Part shown: piece by piece, positions 13,393 to 25,800 of the stretch
How the letters are laid out: each line of letters begins with the position of its first letter
How positions within the stretch are numbered: the stretch's first letter is position 1
NCBI GenBank assembly: GCA_950097015.1
Contig: CATNEN010000039.1
Location: 11,346,001-11,410,000 of the forward strand
DNA from: Macrostomum hystrix
Taxonomy: Eukaryota > Animalia > Platyhelminthes
Direction of reading: 5' to 3'
Length of the DNA stretch: 64,000 nt
Notes under the pieces: model-generated
What the model saw: the letters and a program-made list of their open reading frames with translations, nothing else
The model's database searches: none
What the model was told of the DNA's origin: nothing
Program-made: the position numbers and the translations under genes

Positions 13393-14982
13393 TTTTAATG
13401 TCTTTGCTGCTCTTAGCAGATTGTTACTGCAAAGAAAAGCAGAAATGAAGCATGTAAATTTCTTTATATCCCTGCACGGCCAAGCCTGCAGTACCAGATA
13501 GCAAAAAAGTAAACGTTTTTAAATTCGAATTGAAAACACAACTTACATATTTTAAGGTTAGTTTGGTCCATAAAGTAATTCTCGAGCATATTTAGCAAAT
13601 ATCTAACCATACGTATGGTTTAGATATTTCAACTAGTGTTGAAATATCGTCAACAAACGTCAACTAGTGTTGACGTTCCTTTTACTTAATATACAATAGT
13701 GTTCAATTACCTGCATATTACTTTATAATAAATATAGCGAATTTGCTTCACAATATTAGTTTTTACGGATTCCCTTCTTTTTGTTATCGGTAAAGAATTT
13801 CTGCACCTGTATTAGAAAGATTCCATAAAAACTAATGAGCCTTTCAAACTAGCCAAGGATCAATATGCTCGATTCCTTGAAATTTAGGTAAACAAAACGC
13901 CATGAATGATGAAAGAAAAAGCTACTCAGTTTTGCTTACGCAGGTTGCTATTATTGCCGTTGATGCTGCCCGGTGTAAAGCCAAGTGTTATCCGAATTAG
14001 TAAAATCTTTTGGCTAGCTTTATGTTCCTTCTTCTTATAATATTTCTAACACCATCTCGATCGATAATTGCTTTTAGCACCCTCAACAATAGCAAGTTAA
14101 GACGTAAAATGCTTGCTTTAAAATTGAAAAGTAAGCTTAGTTTTCTTATACGATAATTTTTTTATTTGCTATCGCTCTACTTATTTTATTATATACTAAA
14201 AGACAAAAAAAATATTTTTTGTTTTACCACTTTAAATTTAAATTTTTATTTCCATTTTCTCAGTTTCCCAGTTTCTCAAACAAGAACACGCGTCGCGCTG
14301 AGTTGCAAGTATATATCCACGACCGCGCGTTTGCGGTTGTATGTCCTGTCTTTCCCCGTGGAATATAAGTATGTAACTCTGCAACATTCAAATACACGTT
14401 GGCTAGACCCTAAGACTATTGTTTAATTGCTATTGCTAAATTCGAGGCATAGAAATGACTGAACTTAAATTTGATAGAGCCTAGGCCTACATTTAGGAGC
14501 AGGTAGACGGGCGATTTGTGCAGCTTGAGATTTGTATTGAATGTTATATGGTTTCCAAACAGTTTATTTAATATACTCTTCCATCCAAAGTCATGGCATT
14601 ATATTTCTATAGTTTAGCAAGCTCAATATAGCTAAGATTTTATGTAAATAGCTAGAAGCTAGCTAGGCCTAGGCCTAGTTTCACTTTCATTACATATTTC
14701 TGCATTGCCAAAGTAAAGTGCTGCATTAATTATAAATATTGGCATCATGGAGCAGTGGCTATGCTATATTATACTTGAGTCAAGGTTCTTCAGCCATTGA
14801 GGCTAATGTGCTTCTTTATGGTGTTCTAAACCTTGTACACTGGGTAGTCAATGTGACTAGGCCTAACTATTAGATTTTGTAAAGATAGTTGGCTAGGCCT
14901 AACCCAAAATTTTAGCTAATATAACAAGCTGCTAGCTAGCCAATGTCAATAATAAGTTAGGCTATGTTGTTGCTTGATATCT

Positions 14983-15650
14983 TGGTCCGAGGTCATTTCA
15001 GTGACAAGACATTTTTGTGACAGTCATTTTGGTGACAGAATTTTTCAGTTTGGTGACAACTATTTTTACATCTAAATATACTGAGAAAACTGCAGTCTGT
15101 GTGAACTATGCACACCTATTAAGTTTTATTAGGTAGTATTTACTACCACCTAGTAAGTTGGTATGCCTTTTCATTTTTTAATTGCAAAAGTAATTTATTT
15201 TTTTTATTCTTCATATAGGCCTAGCACATGCTTTTTGCGATAATTCTGAATACTAAAAATTCTCATGCCCTTTTAAATTATCTATAAACCCCATAGTTTT
15301 AAAAAAGCATTAGAAAGGCAAATTGTTATAGTTTGGTATACACTGCAATATGAAGAACCTCATGTGGAGCTAGAAATTTGTATTAGGCCCTATATTAAAC
15401 TATAGTTATGAGCATCTAATTTGCATGCGCATTCCCTATTATTTACTCATTTATACCTTTAAGGTAAAAACCTCCAAAGAAAAATTGCAAATAAAAATAC
15501 CATAGAAGCTGCAACGCTCAGCTTGAGTAGAGGTTTTACTTTAAATTAAATTATTTAATGAGTAGTCGATAGTTTCAATAGTTATTTGATTCTGGTGACC
15601 AATTCTGTCACCAAAATGACTATAGTTGTCACTGAAATGACCTTGGACCA
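14983..15650. mobile_element. MITE with terminal inverted repeats
   Basis: Left end TGGTCCGAGGTCATTTCAGTGACAA..GTCATTTTGGTGACAGAATT is inverted at AATTCTGTCACCAAAATGAC..TTGTCACTGAAATGACCTTGGACCA. Direct repeat ATATCT(TGGTC) at 14977 and 15651 is a probable TSD; the exact boundary is ambiguous. Confidence 0.8.
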
Positions 15651-18600
15651 ATATCTTGGTCTTGGATAAAAGGTAAGTAGACCCAGTACATTTTTATTCT
15701 TGAGTAAAAGTACAACAAGTAACTTTGACATAGGGAGGTAATTATATCTTATGACAAACTTCAAACAAATGGAGTATTTTGTCCACCTATATTACCTCTC
15801 TATTAAAAATGTTCTTGATGTTAACTCTACATTCCCTCCCAAGTACCCTTTTTGCTTTATTTACTATTCTAATGTGCATAATTTTAACTTGGTTTTTTAT
15901 TTCAAAACAAATTTCACCTTTATTTATAGTTTGCACCTTTTTTAGGTACTAAAGTAATGTATTCTGAAGACTGTAAAATGGGCATTTATTTTTTAATCCC
16001 ATTTATATATTGATTTAGTTCTGCTTTTTTTAGATTTTTTGCCTATTTGTTTTTTGTATTGTGCAGTGAGCTATTGAATAATAGTAACCCTTCGATGTTG
16101 TCTATGGCAAAACTTGTTAGCCCTCACCCAATTTCTGCAGCTTAATTACAAATACTTCACCAAAGTTTTTGATGTGCTACAAATGTACCATCTCTAGTAG
16201 TTATTGCATATAATTAAATTTAGGACTAAGCCACATTATCTTACTAGATTGTCATTATTGACTAAAGCACTGAAACAGTACTTTTTACTATATAATTTTA
16301 AAATATGGTTTTAAGTGCTAATGATGTCTAGTTTATATTCTTATAGTAGCGATCTCAATCTCAATTTAGAAAAAATGTGTAAGATTTAATATTTTAATTT
16401 GATGAAATATATGCAAGATAAGGTTTTATGCATGTTATATTGTTTAAAAAACCAGATTAGCAAAAAAATAAACTAATAATCATGCCACTGAAATGATCAA
16501 ATTACTTGTGGCTGCCTAATTACCCCCAAAGACTTTTAGCTCAGTTAAAAGTAAACTCAAAGCAAAATATAAGACAAACTGGGACAAAAGGAAAATTTTA
16601 TTAAAATATGCAGTTTGTTGCTATTTGTATACAAATGATTTGATGTTTCCAAATGGCTTATATTTGTTTTACTTTAAAGTTTTTTAATTGAGTTAAATTA
16701 AAGCAAATATCCACTAGATATCAGGAGCTCTTAAAGCATTTTAATTATAAATGGTTACTTTGCCTTTACTCTTGGTTTTTTAGCTGGAGAAAGTGTGCCA
16801 TTAGGCACAGTATGTCCAATTTTATTGTGTGATTTTGAACTTTTGGAACTCTGGAATTGCACAAAAACCTAGGTTCCTTTGTTGTGTGTTGTTGTCTATT
16901 TCTGTGATTACATGGACAAGTTTATATAGACAATGTAATTTGGTCTTAAGGTAAAGACTTAAAACATATTCACTAAATTCATCAAATACTAGTATTACTC
17001 ATAGTAACTTGTATTGTAAAATTAATAGTCAAAATTATTTACAGTTCAGCATATGTAAATTTTAGTATCTCATAGATACCATAGACTTGAATCTATTTAA
17101 ACTGTCATTTTACATGTATATAAGGCTTGTAATGGTTTTATTCCTCCCCTCTTAGATGGAGTTATGGAACTGTTTGCATTGAATGGTGAAAAATATTTTG
17201 CTGAATAATTATATTGCTTGTAATGTACTTTCGTTCTTTTTATGTACATCACTGATTGAATTCCAACTTGCATAAATATAGCAAGCACTGCCACACAGGG
17301 CAGTCTTTAATTTTTACACTGCCAAATTCCTTGTGTTACAGGCATATCTCATTTATGCAATTAAATTTCTCTATCTTTGGAACCAATAGGCAGTTACTAG
17401 TCAAACGTAGAGTTCCCACTCATAACAAAGGCACAGAAAGCTCACCTTGCTCTATCCATGTGTTGTGCACCTCCCTTGAGAATTGCCACTGAGTTCTGTT
17501 AGGTGAGCCTCAAAGCAAGCAACTTAAAGCTTGAAGAACCTACTGAAAAATCAATTGAAATTGTTAACCGAATCATCTCTTGGGCTATCAGCTCTTAAAG
17601 GGCAAAAAGTGCATCCACGTAGTTCTGATGCTGATCTTAGTGCGCACTACAGATCTCTGAACTCCTTTGCCGCCTTGTCTATCTCCACCGTCGAAACCGC
17701 TGTCGTACTCCTGTCGAGCTGCATGCGAGGCTTGATCCGTTAGCTGTTGTTCAGCAATGCCAGATTTTTGGAGAATGCTATTAAGTACATCGCTACTGAT
17801 TTCGAGGCAATCAGTTAAATTGTTCTTAACAGCAGCAACTTCTGCAGGCCCAATTACTGAATTATGTTGTAATTTATTTAAGCTGTAGGAGTCGCATCGT
17901 TTCTAGTTCTGTTCAGCGAGAATTCAATCATATGACTACGAGCGTAAGATTAGTTGAAAGCCCGCTTTTGCTTGCCGTTGCTATGGCATCTTTTTCATCA
18001 AAGTGGCCCGCTCCCTCTGTTGCATCTTCTTAGAAGCTCGAATCACCTTCCAGCGGTTATTCTCTTGTTGCTTACTATTGTTGCTAATGATTCTATGGCT
18101 ACGATGATAAATTTTAATTTTACTGTCACTGATGTGCTCCACACAACTGAATTCATCACACCAACCAGCATTGCACAATTGAGACATAGCATAACTCCTT
18201 GCTTTGGTGCCAGGTGACACTCATCGGAGCTGACAAACCTCGGATGTCAAGCAGATCTCGAAAAGCTCTTCGTCGCAGATTGTAAAGAATTATTAAGCAA
18301 AACAAATCTTGATCAATGCAAAGTAGCGTTCTTAGATCGATGAAAGTATTAGATTCTAAAAAATGTTAGACAGTAAATAGAGGGATAGTCCGGCCTCTCC
18401 TCCTAGGGTAGTGTTAGCCCTTCCCAATGCAAAGAGATAAGCTCACCCACTCCTATGCATCTATTCATTTTCCCGCCTCCGATCTTAACCCTGTCGGCAC
18501 CCTTCTGTTAACTCCTACTACTTTTATTTGTAGTCGTACTCTTAGCTACTGGACGCAGTAAATCAGGAAATATTTAAACCTGAGAGAGAAGTGATTTTAA

Positions 18601-19921
18601 GTTCTAATTTGTCATGCAGTTTGCATAAAGCAACATTTTTCGAGGCTTGACTTAAAGACCAAACTAATAAATTGTAAGCAGTTTGCTGACAAACAAGTTC
18701 ACGCACAAGCAGAGACAGAGTAGCAGATACAATCAAGTGGCCGCGCCCAGATGTCTCTCAGCAGCAAAATGTTTTGCCAAAATCGGTGCTGGCCCTCTGG
18801 TCAGGCTTTGAGCAGTGTATATGCACGGGATTTAGCATTTTACCGTCGGAAAGGATTTCGTCGAAATTAAAAAGATACCGTCGGAGGGGCCGGCAAACGA
18901 CCAATGTGTTCAGACACTTCCGGGTGTGTGGTGAAGCAGTATGTCCGCTAGGTTTAATAAGTACGTTTAAAAGTTAATATACTTCTCGATAAAAAATAAT
19001 AACGGAAACAGGAAATAATGGCTGTTTAAGCGGACGGTCACTAGGATCCCACTGAACAACGAGTAATACCCAGCAGCAACTGGCTTGAATATCCTGGTTT
19101 TCTCTTATCGGCTTTTTAACTTATGCTTACTAATTTAATTATTCGAATATTCGAAGCTAATAAAAACTGCGCTACACAGCTCCTGCATCTCTTGTAGCCC
19201 AAGAAGAAAAATCTTCAAACAAAAAAGTTCATCACATCACAACGCTAATTAACAAAAAGGCAATATTATTTTTTTGTTCAATTAATTTAATTTGATTTTT
19301 TGCAGCTAATCGGCATGAGCAATTGATTAAGTCAATTTGTTTAAAACTGGACCTGAAGGTGTGCGAATTTACATCTGCTAATAGCACCCCTGCTAATCCT
19401 CGCTTGACTTAAATTAGCTTTCCATTGGATATTGATTCAGCAAATTAGGCTACAATTCTTGTGCTAATTATTATTTAACATTTCTTTCTAAGTCTTAAAT
19501 AAAATTTCATTTAATTGTCTTCGACAATTACAAATCGATAGCTCGCTTTTGCATCACAGGGGACTGGCACATTCGGGATTCAGTGTTTTAAAGTGTTGGG
19601 ATTAGCAAATCCTATTAAAAACAAGAAGCGCTCGAAACAGTGAGAATGAACAAAATTGTCTAAGACTACAGTCCACTTGATGTTGTCGCATTGGTTCCTA
19701 TGGAAACATGTGTGTAAGGTATGAAGTCCGCACGAGAGTAGTTTAGTGTGGTGCGAAGAAACGTAAGGCCCCAGCTGGCCAAGCATGCATCTTTATTTGA
19801 GCAAACCGGGGGGTGGTGCAACTATCGATTGGCATATCGATGTAAATATCGCAGGCAGATAATTGGTTAGGCCAATGCACGCGGTTCTAGGCACAGCTAG
19901 CTTAAATTCCGAGCACACATG

Positions 19922-21565
19922 TTAGATTGGAATATTACAATGTGGAGAAATCGATACATTTAGCATCAGCGTCTTCCGTCTTCCACATAGAGCTCTTGCT
20001 GCAACGCTGCTGCCGCTGGTGCCACTGCTGCCCGCGCCAGCACTGCAATAAGCTTCAGCAAAGGTCAGCTTGGGCCTCTCGAATGTCGGCTGCGTTGATG
20101 AGTCGCCGAAACGTCTCACTCGACGGCCACGTGTGCCGTCTATGCAACTTGGCTGAGGAGCGATTGGGCCCGTACAGTTGATTCGGAGGCTGCCGACTCG
20201 CCAATTTCTGGCACTGCCGTTTCTGGCACTGACTCCGCCGCCCCGTGCGCCGACAAAGGCCAGGATGCGGTTCAGTTCCTGACGAAACTTTTCACCAAAG
20301 AAGCAGAACAGAAGAAAGTTCACGGACGAATTGACTACGACCATAAACTGGGCGGCGATGTAAAGGGCCTGTGCGCCGGGTCCAGGCGCCGTGGGGTAAG
20401 TGATCACAGCGAGCAGGTTGTCTACAAAGCTGAACGTCTGACAGAAGATGAATACCATGACTATGCTTGCCAGCATTAGGCTGATGCTTGTCTCGCGCTT
20501 CAACCGCTTCAATCTCTCGCGCGAGTTTATTAGACCACCATGACAGCAGGCCTGAAGCTGGCGCCAGTGTCGCTGGTTTCGTAGCGGAATTTCGGTTGAT
20601 AGCGCGTTGTTGACGTTGCCTATGAGGCAGGAATAAAAAAGGCAAATACCATAAGAACTGAATTCAGTCAAAGCAAGTTAAAGCTCAAGCAAACGCAAAT
20701 CGAGCTAAAGTATTTCTAACTGCTTCTCACCACTTCCGTCTGCGGCATCGTCGCTTATGCTGTTAGCTGCCCGTACGGCTCGGATGAGCATAGCGTTAGC
20801 GGTGACGATTACAGCGAGTGGCAGGGCGTACATGAAGAGGGTGTACAGCGCACCGCTGTAGACTCTGTTGTACCACAAGCTGGTACGCAGAGTACGCAGC
20901 TGCTGTCCCTGGGCCGTGGAGTTGGTCGAGTTCCTTCGACTGTCCCAGCTGAACGGCACGGATTCTAAGGCTCGCGGAAAATTATAGAACAGACAGAAGG
21001 CTGCCACGCAGAGTAGGGCCCGTCTGGCTCGAGCTCGACTGTTGCCAAGCGGTCCGCCGAAGCGCAAGGGCAGCATCACCGAGAGGCAGCGCTCCACAGT
21101 GAAGCACGCTGTCGTGTAAGTGCCGAACATTTGGGTGAACAGAGAAACTGGGTATAGAACAGCGATTACAACGGAGTTTTCCGGCTCGATGAGCTGACGA
21201 TAGTCCTTCGACAACTGAGGCAGGCCCATACAAACGCCGAAGAGCAGCAGGATGGCAGCGTCGGCTGCGGCTAGCGCCGCCAAGTAGTCCGACGTGGAGG
21301 AAGCCATCCGAGGGGAGCGAAGTATCGCAATGCTCAAACCGTTGCCAAGGATACCGACTGTGCCTACTACAGTGGCAGCGTAGCCCCAGAGATAGCGCTG
21401 CGCCATCACCAGAAGGTGCGAGCTATCGTATCTTGAGCGATCAGGGGCTCCAGGGACTGTACTGGCATTGGTTGTGGTCTTCTGTGCGACCGGAGAAGAC
21501 GCTGTCATAGCAACACAGATAAACATGAATAGAAAATTCCTGGGATCTATGGCAGATAGTTTCAT
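19922..21565 (-). CDS. Rhodopsin-class neuropeptide GPCR (FMRFamide-receptor-like)
   Basis: Exons 21565-20731 and 20619-19922, with a phase-1 GT..AG intron at 20620-20730. Seven-TM motifs: GILGNGLS, YLAALAAAD, FTVERCLSV (DRY to ERC), YNFPR, FIFCQTF, NSSVNFLLFCFFGEKFR. The start codon is uncertain and an upstream exon is possible. Confidence 0.88.
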
Positions 21566-22820
21566 GCTGATGGTTGACTTCTGAAGGTTTTTAAAGTTGA
21601 GCGTCTCTTTGCGCTAGACTGTATTATTTACTTAACTCATGCTGATACTAATACTTGCATCAGCATACTACATCAATCGATAACTGTCACTTACTTTTTT
21701 GCAAGTTTTCGAGTTCTGTCGGAGGCACTGGTCGTGGGAGTATTTTTCTTTAGCAAATGAAGGCGATGGATGAGCTTCAATCGTCGAGCTTAACCTCTGC
21801 CGGGTCCGTTAAATAGGCGTGCAAGAAGGACAAAAATCTAAGCGTGCCGATATTCTTTGACCAATCCGACACTGGGCGGAACGAAAATTTGAGAAAAGGT
21901 TGGGAAGTTAGCGTGATATGAGTCAGGCAGAGATGTCAGGCAGATGCTCAAGCGACCTTATGCTTTAGGCATTTAAAATGAATATTCGACACTTTTTTAC
22001 TAGAACAGCGAGACTCCTAACTCCCAAGCATGAGGTAATGATTTGGCGCTGAGTCTCGTGCGTGTGACTTTAGCAATTTGCACTCAGGCAAGAACTAGCT
22101 TATTCTACTACCCCAGGTACTAGCTTATTGTGCTAATGGAATTATTCTCTTGGCTAAATGGATTTTTAGCAGCTTTGTGCTTTTACAAAGCTGTCCACAC
22201 AAAAACAACCGAACTATCTAAGTGGTTCATACTTGCTCTTGTTTTCTTAACAAGAAGTGCATTCGACTTTAACCTTGTCATCTATAATGAGTTTATAGTC
22301 GTAAAGTCTTTTTAATGTTTACTGCGGAGAGCACTGGCTGAGGTAGAGAAGACACGGTAGGTGAAAAACAAGTGTTTCTTTTTTAAACTTGAAATGGCAA
22401 AATATTTCATTACTAATAATCTGACATATAAATACTTCGTAATTTAAAAGGTTGAGAATATCTTTGTAAGATTTTTTAACCAATTGAGAAACATTAGATC
22501 AGGATTCGTCTCCCCCCAATGAGGCGGCGTTTTGCTAGTTTCCAGACATCAGTAACAATGATCTTCAAGGGCTTTTAAAGATTAATCTTCCAGAAAGTAG
22601 TCAAAAATGCAGGTAAATGAGTTGAATGAAAAAAATTATTATCTCTATAGTAAGTCAATAAACAAATAAGTACAAAATCAGGAAAAGGCGCAGTAAATTA
22701 TTCTTCATATAGTTATGTACAAAAAAGTTCAAATCCCGTTTCGAATGACGACATAGGAAATATTTTCTGCGTAATGCAATGAAACCACTGAGGTGCATCA
22801 AGTTTTCAATTTTGGTTTAT

Positions 22821-25800
22821 TTAACAGATGACAACAGCCAGTGCCACTGAACTAGCGATGAGCATTCCTACTAGTGGGGCCAGCGGAGCAGTCCGCTGTG
22901 CTTGTTTGGGTTCTGAGCCTGTTGCAATGCCTGCACCCAGGCCTGCGGTGGCAAGTCGCTGGTCTGACGAGGCCGCTCTCGATGCCGCACGATCATCCGA
23001 CGTTCCGTGGTTTGATGCTTCGCGAACTGAAAACCGGAAGATTGTTTGCATTGCTCCTTTCAGTCGAGAGATTAGGAATAGATCGAAATGATGCATACAG
23101 CCCCGGGTGGGTCAGCCGCCCAACAGCCGTACAGCCCTTCACTCGTTGGTCTGGGAGCCACCAGACAAAATCAGAATTATACGCTGGTAACCATTTCAAA
23201 GCTGGGTGAACTGAAGTTGAGTGTCTCGCTAAAGGGTACAACATTTTTTGCTTTGGACTAAAATTTGAACTGTAGACCTTTTGTTGAGGAATACAGCCAA
23301 TGTTATCACGTTGCTTGTGAGCGCACTTGGTGTGATGTTTATGTGGTTTTGCAAGCTGCCAAACCTAACTCCTGGCTGGGTGCTAGGTTATTCGATCATT
23401 CGCATTGTCAGCCGCAGGCTCATTGTTAATACCAATAATGATTGGTATTTGAAATCGGTATATTTCAAGTAATGTAGAATGTTTAAAAAGCATTTTTAAA
23501 GCATTTAAAAGCACAGACTGAAAAAGAAAATTATGAGTGCAGAAGGCACTATGAGTGTTCTTATGGTGACAAGAACATAGCTAATGATGAAGTTCGAGAT
23601 GTTAAATAGCAACTGGGACAAGCGCCCACGCATTGATGAAGCATCGGGCAATTAGCAAAGAGCGATTTAGTCATGCAGTTAGACCTATACATCAAAGAAA
23701 AATCAGCTTTTTGGGATTGATAAATATAGCTAATCCTGCCTCAGAAATATCCCACTGATTGACTCAGGGCAGGGCAGTACTTTGCTGCGTATCCTTACTG
23801 AAGTGGAAGCTGTGCTCAATTAGAATCCATTTCCGTGCTGTTTTGCCAGGGGGCGGCATCAGGAGTGTAACTTAATTTAAGTTGAGTCTAAAATAAGCAC
23901 CATTTTCGAGACTAGTCTACGAGATGGCGCGTAGGCGATCATTGCTGAGGGCTTGAGTGGGCGAGTTGGCCCCATTGTCATTAGCTTAATGAGCTCTCCA
24001 ATAAGCCGTAGCGCTTCAAGGTTAAGGATGGTTGGACTATGCCATATGAGATATTACTTTTTTGAACTCCAGCCCAATGTTTTTATGCTTCGAAATCTTC
24101 TAAATAAAATTCATCTCTCTCTCCAGACTGATGGGGCTAGCCTCATGCACCAAGGTCCCTGAGACTGATATTACACATTAATCTTGGCGCAGCCGCAAAG
24201 AAGGGTTTGAGGGGCTTGTCGTGTAATTTATGCCATCGAGGGCCAACCTGCAAAACACAGTGAGAGAGTGCACTGCCTGACGAAGGGAAATTAAGGGCAG
24301 TTTGACACACTTGTGTGAGTGCCATTTGTTGGGTGTGGGTCGAGTGTCATAAAATGATGTGTCAGTGCCCACAGCCCTCCCGAAACGTTTTTTATAATGA
24401 TCAGAAACCCAAAATATACGAGCGTATCTTAAGAAACTCAGCCAATATCAGCACGACTCCTTACAGAGCACTCGCAGCGTGTGTGTCGCCACCTCAAAGT
24501 CGAGCTGGGCTGGCAGTCGTTTCATGCAGACCCAATCTCCACTGTGCTCCGGCCTCACCCGGCCGATGGTGAGCACGCTGACGACTGTATCGCTGTCGAC
24601 CCAGCTCAGGCTGATGTCGATGGCTCCTGGCTCGGTGGCCAGACGAGCTCCTCGGTGATACCACTCGATGCCAGGTCTCGGACTGGCAGCCGCTGCGGCG
24701 GACATTGTCGCTTTGGCGTCGCGGCTAGGGAAGCGCACCGTACATGTGAGTGGAAAGTGCCGAGTCCCGGAGAACACCGCCGAGTCGCCAGAGATTGAGA
24801 CACCTGCAGGGCGAGTAATGAGTGAAAATATGGTGCTAAAAAAACTGAAATAGGCTGCAATTGCTGGCTTACTGTTCGTTCTTCCTCTGTTTCTGTTGTC
24901 CTGATCGTCTGTAACAAAAAGGTAGATTTCAGATTTTTATGTTCCGAAAGTTTGATACGTTTTCTAACTACAAAAACTCTCACCATTGAATAGTCGCCCA
25001 TTGTCCGATGATTGAATGGGACTCGTGCTGACAACTTTACCAACTTCTGTTGGTTTGAAGTCTGATTCTAAAATAACGAATAATATTAATAGGTAGATAG
25101 GTAGACAGATATACTTTTACTGTTAGAGGACAGCTGGAACCTTTGAGAGACGTCCTGGAACAATCATTGAAGAAAAGATTTGGAGAAGAGCTGGAACTGT
25201 CAGAGAAGAGCTGGAACTGTCAGAAGAACTGGAACTGTCAGAGAACAACTGGAACTGTGAGAGAAGAACTGGAACTGTCAGAGAAGAGCTGGAACTGTCA
25301 GAAAAGAACTGGAACTGAGAGAGAAGAACTGGAACTGTCAGAGAACTGGAACTGTGAGAGAAGAACTGGAACTGTCAGAAAAGAGCTGGAACTGTGAGAG
25401 AAGAGCTGGAACTGTGAGAGAAGAACTGGAACTGTCAGAGAAGAACTGGAACTGTCAGAGAACAACTGGAACTGTCAGAAAAGAGCTGGAACTGAGAGAG
25501 AATAACTGGAACTGTCAGAAGAACTGGAACTGTCAGAAAAGAGCTGGAACTGTGAGAGAAGAACTGGAACTGTCAGAGAAGAGCTGGAACTGTCAGAAAA
25601 GAGCTGGAACTGTCAGAAGAACTGGAACTGTCAGAGAAGAACTGGAACTGTGAGAGAAGAACTGGAACTGTCAGAGAAGAGCTGGAACTGTCAGAGAAGA
25701 GCTGGAACTGTCAGAAGAACTGGAACTGTGAGAGAAGAACTGGAACTGTCAGAGAAGAGCTGGAACTGTCAGAAAAGAGCTGGAACTGTGAGAGAAGAGC

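Noticed and set aside
23780-23832. LTEVEAVLN*NP, resembling a BEL/Pao integrase motif
   Set aside because: Only ~12 residues with a stop and no supporting flanking homology; too weak to annotate.
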